Translations under genes and position numbers: made by a program | NCBI RefSeq assembly: GCF_001194135.2 | Contig: NC_068995.1 | Span: 19,511,260-19,575,259, forward strand | Direction of reading: 5' to 3' | DNA length: 64,000 nt | Source: Octopus bimaculoides | Taxonomy: Eukaryota | Part shown: positions 12,636-26,319 of the stretch, piece by piece | How positions within the stretch are numbered: the first letter of the stretch is position 1 | How the letters are laid out: each line of letters opens with the position of its first letter | Notes under the pieces: generated by a model | Seen by the model: only the letters and a program-made list of their open reading frames with translations | What the model was told of the DNA's origin: nothing | Databases searched by the model: none

Positions 12636-12839
12636 GGCAGCGAGGTGGCAGAGTCATTAGCGCGGCGGGTAAAATGCTTAGCGGCATTTCGTTCATCTTC
12701 GCATTTTGAGTCGAAATTCCGCCGAGATAGAATTTGACTTTAATCCTTGCGGGTTCAACAGAAAGAGTAGTAGTGAGGCTGGTGTAATTGACTAGTCTTT
12801 TTCTCCGAAATTACTAGCCTTGTGCCAAAATGTGAAATT
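12636..12839 (+). mobile_element. SINE family A
   Basis: GGCAGCGAGGTGGCAGAGTCATTAGC..AAAATGCTTAGCGGCATTTCG..AAATTCCGCCGAG..GCCTTGTGCCAAAATGTGAAA. Confidence 0.85.
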
Positions 12840-14040
12840 AATGTTTTTATGAGTATCTGGGGATTTTGCCAAAACGATAGGATGTGATTTGAGGGAGAGA
12901 GAACTGCTACTTTTATTAGATCATACAACTAAGTAGATGCGTCTTCATTGGCTTCTAAAGTATGTTCGTTGGATTATTGTATTAGATTATTGTAGGTATA
13001 TGTTATCTAAAGTTTCCTTGACTTTGAAAAGACAGCAGAATGTGATGTAAGATAGGTTGGGTCGCTATGTCGAACTTCCTTCATTGTATATATATTACGC
13101 ATATATTAGGAAAATTTATGGCTGGAGCTATACTATTCAACGTATACTAGGATACGATTTGAGGGACGTTGAGCTGCTATATCTAGCAAGTTGAACAGAG
13201 AATATTCGGCTCCAGTAAACCTCTTATATTCACACTTTTAAATATCGTATTATATGTATATCATAAATATTCGCGTGATAAGATTTAACATTACTTTCTC
13301 CATTAACTATTTCCTAGATGTTAAGACTTTATGAAAAACGACAGGAAGCTACAAGAAACCACTTTAGTGTTGGCGAATAAGGAATGTTATAACATCATAG
13401 CCGACTATATGCGAAATTAGAAACATGCTCTTAAAAGAGATTAGATTTCATTAAGATCAATCAAGTGATTGGCGGTATTTGCTTGTTAATTTTGCAGAGA
13501 ATTTGCTGGGTGAGTCAAGGGGAAGGATTCTTTTTTTTACCTCCAGCGTTTTCAGCATTCCGCCAATCCTTAGTTGTTCAATAAAATCAACTGAAAGAGA
13601 CATCACAATTAGAAGGAAAAGTTAATCGCAGGCAATCTAGTTCAAAATACACAGAAAAGACATTACAAGACAGAGAACACAATGAAAGTGTATTGATTAT
13701 GAAATCTTCATAAATAATACATCCACCGTAACATTGATTTATTTCGACACAGTACTAGACTAATTTATATGTGTTGGTGTGAAATTAGAAGTTAGGATTT
13801 GGGAGAGGGAGAGGTGCATCATGTAACGACTGTGATGTAATTAGATCGACATGGTATAATATTGTCTCCGGGCATGGAAAAAGCCACCACCTGTTCACTC
13901 CAGCAGAAAGAAATAACAGCCAAATTTCCCTCCTCACGTGTTCTTACTATAGTCATGAAAGGAGAAAATCACGGGATGGTCAATGCTGGAACGGGTTTCT
14001 GAATAAGTTTTGCTTATACAGATAAAACTTGGGGTTGAAA

Positions 14041-14400
<360 letters not shown>

Positions 14401-14499
14401 GCAACAACTGACTCACTTCACTTTCGCACAAACAATGGTTATTTCTTGCACGTGTCGAAACGTTTTAAACCAACCTGAGCGGCGGTAAGGTTATGAGAG

Positions 14500-14600
14500 A
14501 CTCCTGCTTTTCGACTGCACTTATTTACGTTGACTCTAGATGAACATTGACCCGAACGTGTTAAATCTGAACTCACAATGTTAAAGAGGGTAACATAAAA
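14500..14600 (-). mobile_element. SINE family A, very diverged fragment
   Basis: CTTATTTACGTTGACTCTAGATGAAC..AATCTGAACTCACAATGTTAAAGAGG is a weak match to the family A minus-strand body. Confidence 0.4.
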
Positions 14601-14630
14601 TACAACACTAGCTGATATTAGTGCTCTTTG

Positions 14631-14820
14631 AGGCGGCCACTGGCAAAATCGTTAGTACGCGGAGGAAAATACTCAGTAGCATTTCGTCTGTCTGCATGCT
14701 CTGAGTTCAAATTCCGCCGAGGTCAACTCTGCCTTACAATTTTTCGTGCTCGGTATAATATGTACCAGTTAAGCACCTCTCCTCCCAAACTTGTTGGCCT
14801 TGCGCCAAGATTGGAAATTG
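14631..14820 (+). mobile_element. SINE family A
   Basis: GGCGGCCACTGGCAAAATCGTTAG..CTGAGTTCAAATTCCGCCGAGGTCAACTCTGCCTT..GGCCTTGCGCCAAGATTGGAAATT. Confidence 0.85.
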
Positions 14821-15019
14821 GTAATCGTGCTTGTCTCGTGGTAGTACAGTTTCCTAAAAATGGTAGCCAAATCTGACTCCAATGACATTCAAATATCTTA
14901 GGACATAGCAAAAATACACAAGATATATATGATACTGTCTAAAAGCTAGGATGCAGACTATTGAAAAGCCTTTAATCCTAAGCCTATTCTATCAGGGTTA
15001 ATAAACTTACCAGTTGCTT

Positions 15020-15093
15020 TTGTTGTTGTCGTTGTCGTTTTCGTAGTAGTAGTAGTAGCAGTAGTAGTAGTAGCAGCAGCAGCAGCGGCGGTG

Positions 15094-15154
<61 letters not shown>

Positions 15155-15205
15155 CAGTAGCAGCAGCGGCGGCGGCAGCAGCAGCAGTAGCAGCAGTAGT
15201 AGTAT

Positions 15206-15238
<33 letters not shown>

Positions 15239-15281
15239 AGGTGGTGGTGGTGGTGGCGGTGGTAGTATTAGTAGTAGTAGT
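15020..15281. repeat. Compound (TAG)n/(CAG)n/(TGG)n trinucleotide tract
   Basis: Direct reading. It is the reverse-complement type of 14041-14400. Confidence 0.95.
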
Positions 15282-16360
15282 TAAATCCCAAATGTACCAC
15301 AGTATCAAAAGCAAGTAGGCCGAAACTTTGAAGTCACTGACAGCACTATTCTTGCAAAAGAATCGCCGTTGGCTCGTCCCTTGGCTAATCCTCCTGGACC
15401 ATGAATAACGGGTCTTCTTTCAGCGTTAGTTACTCACCACTTCTCCTCTCCTCTTCAACATGCATAATCATTTCATTTGTTCAGAGTCATGTATAGCAAA
15501 TAAGCATTTCACTCTGCAGCATTAGTTTGATGCCTCTTTGTGTTTTAGTGCCCTCAACTGCACACTGCTGTAGCTTCATTAGGACTTGCTATTCCAAAAT
15601 ACCTTCAGATCACATATCTCCACCTCCTTGACATAATTTTGGTAACCGATTGTCCATGCCGTAATACAAAGCTAATGGCCAGCATATGAATATCTTGTCC
15701 AAAGGACCTGATGATCAAATTTGTGTTATGTCCGAGTTATGGAAAAATATTTCAGCCTTCTTTTGCTTAACCGAAGCTGCTGTTGCAAAAGAGACTGCTA
15801 TCACTTTTCTCTTTTTTTAATGAAATCTCGATGTAGTTTTTCTGGGATCTTTGTCGAATTCAAAATCTCCCTCACTAAAGCGACAGCGTTCAACTCTTTC
15901 GATACAGAAGCAACAACACGTATCTTTCAAGATTATCATATTTGTCTGGGTGCTAGTTTTGTTGCAATTGATTTTACTGTTATAGTTCATAATATTTAAG
16001 ACATTCGAGAAAACTTCTATTTCTTTTAAATGTTTATTTTGTTGTTGTTATTGTTGTTTTATTTGTGAGTATTTATTCTGTCATGCAATTCGTTTTTGTT
16101 ATGTTTTCTTTACAATGTGCATTGTTGATAGGTTATGTCTTTCTTTTCCTTTGATTGGTAGATGTTTTGACGTAGAAATTTGTCAAAATGTGAAAGCAAA
16201 TAAAATCTAAAATCTGTAAAGACAAACATCTTTTAGTTTCTCAGGGACAGACATTTACTGACAACTAAACTTCTCAATGGTATATAATCCAAAGAAAACT
16301 TCGTTTGATAATATTTCAAAGTGGAAAACAGAGCCAGCGATTTCGCTTGGTACATCAGAA

Positions 16361-16438
<78 letters not shown>

Positions 16439-16475
16439 CAGCAGCAGCAGCAGCGGCGCCGGTGGTGGTGGTGGG
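16361..16475. repeat. Compound (TAG)n/(CAG)n/(TGG)n tract
   Basis: Direct reading. Confidence 0.95.
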
Positions 16476-18336
16476 GGTCTTAAATTTTGCAGGAAATGAG
16501 ACGCAAGTATAAGTTAACACTTGAGTGAAAGCATTTTAAAATAATAGGTAACTGTAAATACGATTATGTTTGTGTATGAATATAGAGAAATGAAATAAAA
16601 TTAAATGTAGAAAAATAAGGGCAAATTAGCTACAAGCAGGCGATGAGTCGCTCCCCACGATAAAGACTACCTTCCATATCCGTGTAGCCTACACGCAGGT
16701 ACTGGAAAGAGGCTGTCATAAAAATCTCGTAACTCGTATGCCAGAGTAGCTCAGAAAAAGTACGGTGAATATTCTGCAATGTGGTTTTCACTATCCTGTT
16801 ATGTAGTTTTCTATAACAATCTCTTGCATATTTCACATAAATAGAGTCCATCTCCTCCCAAATGTACACGATGAATTATAAATCTTGCTAGTTGTTTCAG
16901 TTGTATGTTTATGTATTGTACATTCCTGCTAGAAGGGCTATGAATTCTACGCATTTGTAGATGGGCTCTTCATTTGTCTCACACACCTACTCTTGGTCTA
17001 CACTTTATTTTGCGGAGGATGGCGAGGCGCTATATCCGTTTTTTATCTTACTCTCTCAGTTACTCTTTACTACATACTGCACATTGTCAATGTCCTCACC
17101 ATCTCAAGACAAAGTAAGGTGCTGGTGATACTGCTTACCGTACTGAGACGAATAATCGTTTTTGGTACTCACAACGGTGTTTTATAAACATTAGCTCCTA
17201 TAACCAGTGGTTTTTGTCTTGTTAGTCTTGTTGATTCCATCATATCTACGTCTGAAGTCGTTCCGAGGAGAGTGTCACCATATCTGCATTGTTTACACGC
17301 GTAGCATGTAGACATTCAGCCCTGCACTAGAATGTTTTTTTTATTTTTTTTTTTTTATGAGTACTATACCAACACGCGATCTCAGTTCCAGAAAAGCTTT
17401 GCGTTCTTCGGATGTTATTTGGACTTCCATATCTTTTACAGCAGGAAAGCAACATATCTTATCTACTTACTTTGATTACATCGATTGCTCGGAATTTACT
17501 ACAAAAGTGAAAAGAAACAAAAAAGCCAATGTCAAGACAAGCGACATTCATTTTATCGTTCAAGCATGATTCTTCAACTCCACCTGTTTTGAACACTCTG
17601 CAACAAACTTTGGACTATGGCTTTACACTAAAGCTTGGACTACCTTCAACTGTTCCTTTGATGGCTTAAAGAAATTCTACTTTTGGGTTATACAGAGATA
17701 CGTCACCTTCGTTTTTGATTGGTTTCGAATGAAATTTCAGACAAGCAGCTGTGTTTTTCTATATATCACTGTCACATGGATCTTTTTATGGTAAGTATAT
17801 TCATGATCAGCGCATGACTTTTAATAGCAATAATAGGGAAATAAATGGTGACATTCCAGTATGTATTACAAAAAGCATCGTTTTTAGCAAATTTAATGGA
17901 CATCATTTCTTCGTTTGGCATAAGTGCAAGAGTTGTTGCTGTTGTTAACTGCATTATTTAGATTGATGTTTGTTATTGCTGCAAAAAACCATGACTTGCG
18001 TTTTTTTTTAGTGTGTGTGTGCGCGCGAGTGCGTGTGTGGGGGGAGGAGTAACAAAAAATTCTGTGAATTAACTTCATTCGTGTTATGGGGTTTGTTTTT
18101 ATCTGCTTGATATGTTGATGTTCGCATTCAAGTTTTCCTGTTTTTCACGGAAGCCATTTTGAAGTGAAATGGAAAGAGTTATTAAATCAAATCCCTAATA
18201 TAATCAAAACTATTATATCATAATGCGTAAATCGCCAAATCATGCTAGAAAGCTTCTGTTTGTAAACATATCGGAAAAGGAATATACTTCTTTATTTGGA
18301 ACTTAGGGATCCAGAACACTTGATGGGAGCTGAATA

Positions 18337-19355
18337 CAAGGTGGTATCAAATAGGTTTCCTGACTAGTTCTGTAGCACGCCAACAGATGGCAGCACAAGG
18401 TTACGTGCGCAGAGAGAGCTAGCAGTGACCTTCATGAGGCAGTGTACCGAGTGACAACGCTGTGTATATTTCGCAAGTTCTGATTATTTTTTTTTTTAGA
18501 GATCACCTGTATGCTGTTCACATGAAGAATTTAGAACAAAGAGCCACCGTGAGGTTTTGGTTAAACTTCTGAAGTCTGCTACAGAGACATAGAGCATGCT
18601 TCGGTAAGCGACGAGGCATTAGGTCGCATGCAATGTTTCGAGTGGCATGGGCGCTTCAAAGGTGGAAGAACGTCCCTGGAAGATGATGAGCGATCTGGAA
18701 GATCTGCCACGAGTGTCATCCCAGGATATGTGGAGAAAAATGCACCAGCTTGCACATGAAGATCGCCGGAGTACAATCGACGACATTACAGTCGCATCTC
18801 AATCAAGAGCATGCTCTTCTGTTTTTTTTTTGTTTTTCGATATCCGCAGTATTGTGCATCGACAATTCGTCTTCCAGGGTCGGATCGTCAATCAAGAATT
18901 CTACTGCGACGTTTTGAAGCGTTTCAGGGAGGAAATTCAGTGAAAGTTACCGCATCTGTGGGGCGCGAAAAGTTGGATTTTTTACGGCAACAATGATTTC
19001 TGTCACCGAGCTCTCCTCACTTGTGATTTTCTTGCCAAGAACAATATGGTGTCGAGTCCGCACCCACCCTATTCACCAGATTTAGTACCCGCGGACTTCC
19101 ATCTCTTAACCAAAATGAAAAGGCAGCTCAAAGGTCACAGTTTTAACACCGTTGTTGAAATCCAGGGCGAATCACAGAAGGTCCTCGACTCGCTTTCGGA
19201 AAACGTCTTCCAAGTTGGATTACAAAAGTGGCAGAAACGCTGGGACATTTTTATTGCTGGGTAAGGAAACTATTTCGAAGATGATGTTAAAACATTAACA
19301 AATAAGTTATTTTTTATTAAACATAATTAGTCCGGGAACATTTTGTTACCACCAC

Positions 19356-19356
<1 letters not shown>
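18337..19356 (+). mobile_element. Mariner (DD34D) DNA transposon, internally deleted and inactive
   Basis: Imperfect ~33-bp TIRs (CAAGGTGGTATCAAATAGGTTTCCTGACTAGTT / revcomp CGTGGTGGTAACAAAATGTTCCCGGACTAATT) with TA at the left. Transposase fragments: EQRATVRF, CFEWHGRFKGGRTSLEDDERSGRS, FFDIRSIVHRQF..VNQEFYCDVLKRFRE, HPPYSPDLVPADF, KWQKRWD. The WVPHEL and first catalytic D region is missing. Confidence 0.95.

Positions 19357-19357
<1 letters not shown>

Positions 19358-19433
<76 letters not shown>
19358..19433. repeat. (AAT)n microsatellite
   Basis: Direct reading. Abuts the mariner right TIR. Confidence 0.95.
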
Positions 19434-19438
<5 letters not shown>

Positions 19439-19489
19439 GAAAATTTAATAATTTAACTTTACTTAAAAAGAAAAAAAATTCAAACAGTG

Positions 19490-20731
19490 CACCGAATCGC
19501 TTGTCCAATGGTTATTGTGGAAGCGCGCCTATCAGGAAGCCTATCAGGAAGCCTGACGGCGAAAAATCTTTAAATGGCAGAATATCTTCCCCGAAAACGA
19601 ACCTGGAAGGTCATTTAAACGGGATTTGTCCCGAATTAAGCCCCTAAAGTTCACCACCACAAGGACCAAAAATTCAAAAATGCAAACGAACTAAATGAAA
19701 CCGGGAAGAATATAAAGAAGTAATGTACGCTTATTACTTTGCATTAAGTAGGCCAACACAAGAGAAATACACTGCAAACTCCTACAGAATTTGGAGGAGC
19801 TGGAATCCAGCTAGCAGACCAGACCTGGATGAAAACAGATAAGCAAATTTTAGAAGAGATATCTTCAGAAATACCAGACTCACAGATGCAGAATTAACCT
19901 CTTTTTTAAAAAAAGTGGTAGATAATGATCTAAATATAAGTCAGGAAAGAAATAACGAAGCAGAGGAGAGGAATGTTGGACCACAAGCATTGACTGAAAG
20001 GCGACCATCTGCCGAAACCACTCAAGAGCCTAAAGAAAAAGGAAAATATAATGACCCTAGAAAAAGCAGCCAGGAAAATGATGCCAAAACAGAATTTGAA
20101 AACCACATATTTGTTGAACAACACAGAAAATCTATCATTGAAATGAAGCAGGAAGTTCTGAATGAGCTTGCAGTTGTAGGGCATACAAATATGAATGATA
20201 GGGAAACATTCCATAAACTCTCAAATGCACACCAACATAAAAGAAATAAAAATTGGCAACTGCATTACACATGAAACCATACAACAACTAAAACCCGATC
20301 TTAATAAGTTAAATGAAATTATTTACTCTGTTGCTAAGGTAATCGAAAGACGCTGTTTAACACTCAAAAAGCCAACTATACCAAATTCGAAAAGAAAATC
20401 AAACTGGAGGAGTAGAATTGAAACAGATTGAATCATTGCGAAGGGGGTATCAATATTAACTGAGCTAATCTCTGGAAATGGTGAAAGATCGACATATGGC
20501 TGGAAGATTGTGAGAAAATATGGACTCTCGACAAGAGAAGAGCTAATGTCAGCGAAAGAAACACTTAAACAAAAAGTTGAAGCAAAAGCTCGGATAATAC
20601 GCAGATTTGAGAAAAGAATCAGATTCTAGAAGCAAAATAAGTTGTTCAAATCCAATGCCAAATTATTTTACAGGGAAATAGGGAAAGAAAAAATGACCAT
20701 TGAAAATCCGCCCCTAATGGAAGAAGTTGAA

Positions 20732-20805
<74 letters not shown>

Positions 20806-21600
20806 ATAAAATTAATTGCAAAGACAAAAGCACATGAAAAATTAGCTAGCAGATGGGAACAGAAACCTCTTCATGGCAAGTATGTGGCTCGTAGCAAACT
20901 AGCTGATGTCAACCAGAAACACACGCATCAATAGTTACGAAGCTCAGGGCTAAAAGCAAAGAATGAAGGTTTCATATTAGCTGCTCAAGACCAAAGCTTA
21001 TTAACTCGTAACTACCAAGCCAATGTGATAAAAATGGAGCTGACCCAAAATGCCAATTCTGTAAAGATGCGATTGAAACGTTAGACCACGTAATCTCAGG
21101 GTGTAGAATCAAGCAGACATAATTATTAAAGACAAGGAAGAAAACACTTATAGACTAACAGATGTAAGTGTTCCTACTGATAAAAAAAATATATCTGTAA
21201 AGCAATTTCACGAATTAAGTCAATATAAAGACCTAGAAATTGAAATACATTTGATGTGACATTTTAAAGCAAGAACTGCTCTTTTTATTTTAGGTATCCT
21301 GGGTATGATAAAAACGTGATATCAAAAACATTTATATAACGTCCCAGGAGATCCATGTCTCAGAGAAATCCAAAAGATTGTACTGACAAGTACAGTCCAC
21401 ATCTTTAGAAAGTCCCTATCCATTTAAATATGTGGTATTATATGGAGATATTTCGCTACTGCTTCTGCCACTCCCCTCTCCAAGCTTTCAGACATACTGT
21501 AACATCTCTTATCCTTCACTTGCTCTAGGGCGCTGGGTGTGTCTCAGCAAGTGATTGCAGCAAGCATGCAGATTGAAACTAAACAACAATAATAATAAAA
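19490..21600 (+). mobile_element. R4/Dong-like RLE non-LTR retrotransposon remnant with the RT domain deleted
   Basis: N-terminal pieces KETLKQKVEAKARIIRRFEKRIRF*KQNKLFKSN and KLFYREIGK..EEVE. C-terminal KPLHGKY, GLKAKNEGFILAAQDQSLLTRNY, CCHC CQFCKDAIETLDHVISGC (21051-21104), DVSVPTDK, YKDLEIEI, EIQKIVLTSTVHILRK. Ends in an AAC/AAT tail at ~21585-21600. No YADD-containing RT lies between the two halves. Confidence 0.85.
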
Positions 21601-21639
21601 CATGATAATTGCGAAGCCAAAGATGTAGGAAGTGAACGC

Positions 21640-21790
21640 AGATGAAATACTGAAATATTACAACAAAGTGGTTTTTATTTAAATCAGAAGGACGAAAGAT
21701 AAAACCGACCGAACATGGTGGGAATATAAATGGACGTAATTAAATATTTCATGCTATTTTGTCCGACGCTTTGCTGCTTCTTCCAACTCA
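21640..21790 (-). mobile_element. SINE family A-like, highly diverged
   Basis: GAAGGACGAAAGATAAAACCGACC..CTATTTTGTCCGACGCT..CCAACTC is a weak match. Confidence 0.4.
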
Positions 21791-22629
21791 GTGCTATTTA
21801 TATTAATTGTTATTGCATCAATCATTTCTAACAAAGTCAAAGTTCACTCAATTTTTCGAGGGAAATATGGAGCAGAGACAGTCAATTAAATGGTCCTCGG
21901 TTTTTGATTGTTACTATCTTGTCTACGCTGGAACGGCACAAAATAAAGCTCAATACTACGATTGAAAGCAAGATATAAAGAAAACTATCGGATAAAGCAT
22001 TTTTTCGGTGTTGTACCAGTTCTGAAAATCCAAGTAATCAAGAACAATAATAGCAACAACAACAACAGTAGTAACAGCATCACCAATCGTCGTTATAAGC
22101 ATACTTTTGTGCACATATTTTTCAAAAAGAAATCCAGATGATTTATGATGAGATCAAAAATATATCAGACATAATCGCTAACATGCACACACAGTCATGC
22201 ATTAATATACGTTCATGTCACACACACAACACCCACAGGCACACACAAACTCATACGCGTACATGTACACAAAAAAGAATTATACATATTCAGATTGCAT
22301 TAAGAACAAACAAGTAATAATTCGTTTAAAAATAAAGATTCAAAGATCAAACCAGAACTGAAATTACAAAAATATGGTCGCCAGAAAACAATAACTTATC
22401 CGTTCGAGATTTATGTTGGTGAAGGGTAAGCTTGACATTATCACAAAATTTAAGTAACAATCAGTGAAACACTTCAGATATGCAATCACACAAAGCCATA
22501 TTAATCCTTTGTTTTCCTCAGTTTCATTTTATTTTTGCTATTCCATTTGATATATTCATGCATATGCATACGTATGCTATGTGCATATGCGTGTGTGTGT
22601 GCGTGTGTGTGTATGTGTGTGTGTGTGTG

Positions 22630-22684
<55 letters not shown>

Positions 22685-24254
22685 GACACTCAGATATATA
22701 AATGTACATACGTTTACAGATGTATACACACATACACACGCAAATATGTACGTGTTGTGTGCGTGTTGGTGTACATTTTCTTTTTTCTTTTCTTTTTTTT
22801 TTGTTTCATTTCCAACGTTACATTGATACATTTTATTTTGCTGCAGCCTCTACCACTCTCCTCTTGTATATTCCATTCTTTGAATAGATTTTTCCTTTCT
22901 CCTTTTAATTTTTTTTTTCTCTATTTCTCCTCCTCCTTCGTTATGTTATTTTCAATGACGGCAACTAAAAACTACAATTCAATTGCTTAATAGGCCATTC
23001 CAAGCGGCTAATCAAGGAATGTTGTCCCGTGTTCAGCTTTAAGATATCGCTCTGCAATTTTTGTGGCTTTATCAATAAACCTGTCCTTTGAAGAATTTTT
23101 TATCGTCATTTTGCTGATGATTTCTTTTGTTATTATTTTTTTTTGTTATCTGTTCGTTAATATTATTTTTAATATAAATTTTCTGTTTCTTCTTTTTCTC
23201 TCTTTACAATTTATTTTAATATTTTTCTTTCTTTTTTAATAAATCGTATTAGTCGTATAATTTACAACAATTCGATCGTGTCGAGTGTCCTTGTTAAAAA
23301 ACAATCCCCTACCTTCAAAAAGAAAAGGAAAATTGTTATTGGAAATATTAAAATTCTACCACGTACGCATGCTTATAAAAGGAAAATATACAAATATTAA
23401 AATACAACTGTACGCACGCTCTCTCACACAGACACACGCGCGTACACACTCTCGCACAGTCTTTGAGAATACCTAGGTATACAATTTTTTTTTATTTTCA
23501 AATGTTCCAATATTTATCAGCTGAAATGTTGCTTAGATATGGATTCTTGTGCGGAGTGAGGGGGAGACATTGCAACAAAAGCCTTGCATATATCAATTTT
23601 CCATTATAAATAACAGCATTTAATACTTTCGCAGCCATTTTATTTTTTTTACCTATAGATTTCGCCTCGATTTTTCTGCTAAATATTGCTTTCTGTTCCA
23701 CACCATAAAACTCTTAAGATTAAGTTATCATTTCAGCAAAGAAAGAAATGCTATTTTTGTCTCTTTTTTATGCAGTTATATCTTATAATTAAACAATGGA
23801 TTTCACTTTTTCTCTATGTACACGCTCACTCGCGCACACGTGTGCACGCAATATCTTTCTTTCTCCCTCACTTTCGCTCTTTGTTTTGTGTTGTTATATT
23901 TTCTACGCCCATATGTGTTATTATTATTTATAGCAACGTGGGAATTGCTTCACTTCACTTATTTTGCTTATTTGAGAAAGATATGTACATCACAAGTTTT
24001 ACAGTTTCCCAACAAATATAGCAATTTCTGACCTTTGGCTCTTCGCGAGACATAATTATAATTCCCATTGTAACAGAACACCGTATTGTAACTAGAGGTT
24101 ATGACTCAGTCAGCCGTGTCTGTTCAACACAGTTTCAATACCTCTCCCGCCACACTACCGTCACCACCACTTATCTATCACCACCCACACAAATCCCGAA
24201 TCACTGTTGAAGCTCTATCCCCGTTGTACTAAACACAATTTCAACAAAAACTTT

Positions 24255-24430
24255 GCATTTTATTGCAGCAGTCATGCTGGAGCACCGCCGTCAAGGGTTT
24301 TAGTCAAGGAAATTGACACCAGGACTTATTTTTTAAAGCCTAGCACTTACTCGCTCGGCTTCTTATTGCCGAACCCCGAAGTAACCGGGATGTAAACACA
24401 CCAACACTGGTTATCAAGTGGTGATGGGGG
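24255..24430 (-). mobile_element. SINE family B, 3' portion
   Basis: CATGCTGGAGCACCGCC..CCAGGACTTATT..GCCGAACC..GTAAACACACCAACACTGGTTATCAAG matches 30010-30165. Confidence 0.8.
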
Positions 24431-24468
24431 ACACACGTACATACACACACTCACATGCACATATATGC

Positions 24469-24501
<33 letters not shown>

Positions 24502-24533
24502 AGTGTGTGTGTGTGTGTGTGTACGTATATACG

Positions 24534-24568
<35 letters not shown>

Positions 24569-24583
24569 ATACACACCCATACA

Positions 24584-24633
<50 letters not shown>

Positions 24634-25418
24634 AATAGTATACAATATGGATTCAGAGAATAATGTAGTCTTCTCAGCAAGCTCTTCACATTGAGTCGGC
24701 TATCAGTCCACTTAACACTCAATTACTAAGCAGTGCAATCTGAATTATCCATATCGCTATAAATCCAGAAATTCCGAACGATAGAATTATTCTGTGACAA
24801 GTATATAAAGGTATAAAGTTACGAGTTATATGAGGTAAATATAGGTTTTTTAAACCAAGTGACTTCCCTAAGATTACGCCTATTTTATAATATTTTCATC
24901 AAGTAATTAATATTTGTGCACAACATTATATAATAGAAATTAAGGCAAATAAACAACGCTAGCTCATCAAATCACAAGAAGCACATTGTGACATCAACAG
25001 TAACATTAGTAAATAAATGTTTGCTTATATACAGTGAAATGACTATTGCCAAGTGGGTATTCAACTAAAACTATTTCAAACATTTATTATACACACAGAA
25101 ATTTTATTGTTATGATTTCAAATATACCCGGGGAAACATTGTTATTTTGCTGTTAAGTCAAGGAAGGAAGGGCATCGCCTTTGCCATGTGCAAGTCTGCC
25201 CTTGAAAGCAGGTAGGATGGTAGTATTGAAAACAACAGAGCAAGCCCTTATCAGCACAGAACACGTGGGCTGCATAGAAACATTATTAGACTTTTGCACC
25301 GACTGCTTGCATTGGTATACTATCACGTATTTATATTTATGTATATATAGGCATGTGTGTGTGTCTGTATGTGCGTATATTTAAAAATCAACCAATCTAC
25401 CTAGCTATGTGTGTGCGT

Positions 25419-25450
<32 letters not shown>

Positions 25451-25497
25451 ATACATATATACATATATATATATGCATATATGTATATATATATATA

Positions 25498-26266
25498 NNN
25501 NNNNNNNNNNNNNNNNNNNNNNNNNNNNNNNNNNNNNNNNNNNNNNNNNNNNNNNNNNNNNNNNNNNNNNNNNNNNNNNNNNNNNNNNNNNNNNNNNNNN
25601 NNNNNNNNNNNNNNNNNNNNNNNNNNNNNNNNNNNNNNNNNNNNNNNNNNNNNNNNNNNNNNNNNNNNNNNNNNNNNNNNNNNNNNNNNNNNNNNNNNNN
25701 NNNNNNNNNNNNNNNNNNNNNNNNNNNNNNNNNNNNNNNNNNNNNNNNNNNNNNNNNNNNNNNNNNNNNNNNNNNNNNNNNNNNNNNNNNNNNNNNNNNN
25801 NNNNNNNNNNNNNNNNNNNNNNNNNNNNNNNNNNNNNNNNNNNNNNNNNNNNNNNNNNNNNNNNNNNNNNNNNNNNNNNNNNNNNNNNNNNNNNNNNNNN
25901 NNNNNNNNNNNNNNNNNNNNNNNNNNNNNNNNNNNNNNNNNNNNNNNNNNNNNNNNNNNNNNNNNNNNNNNNNNNNNNNNNNNNNNNNNNNNNNNNNNNN
26001 NNNNNNNNNNNNNNNNNNNNNNNNNNNNNNNNNNNNNNNNNNNNNNNNNNNNNNNNNNNNNNNNNNNNNNNNNNNNNNNNNNNNNNNNNNNNNNNNNNNN
26101 NNNNNNNNNNNNNNNNNNNNNNNNNNNNNNNNNNNNNNNNNNNNNNNNNNNNNNNNNNNNNNNNNNNNNNNNNNNNNNNNNNNNNNNNNNNNNNNNNNNN
26201 NNNNNNNNNNNNNNNNNNNNNNNNNNNNNNNNNNNNNNNNNNNNNNNNNNNNNNNNNNNNNNNNNN
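25498..26266. other. Assembly gap (largest of many; others include 130-686, 2238-2466, 9598-9798, 52536-52883, 54301-54704, 58384-58593)
   Basis: N runs, almost always bordered by (TA)n/(CA)n repeats. Confidence 0.99.

Positions 26267-26319
<53 letters not shown>

Noticed and set aside
15290-15345. GAAAC-TTTGAA-GTC-ACTG resembling a hammerhead 3' half
   Set aside because: There is no CUGANGA-like core or stem II upstream.
16630-16869. 79-aa minus-strand ORF
   Set aside because: GTG start right after an in-frame stop, no acceptor and no recognisable domain.
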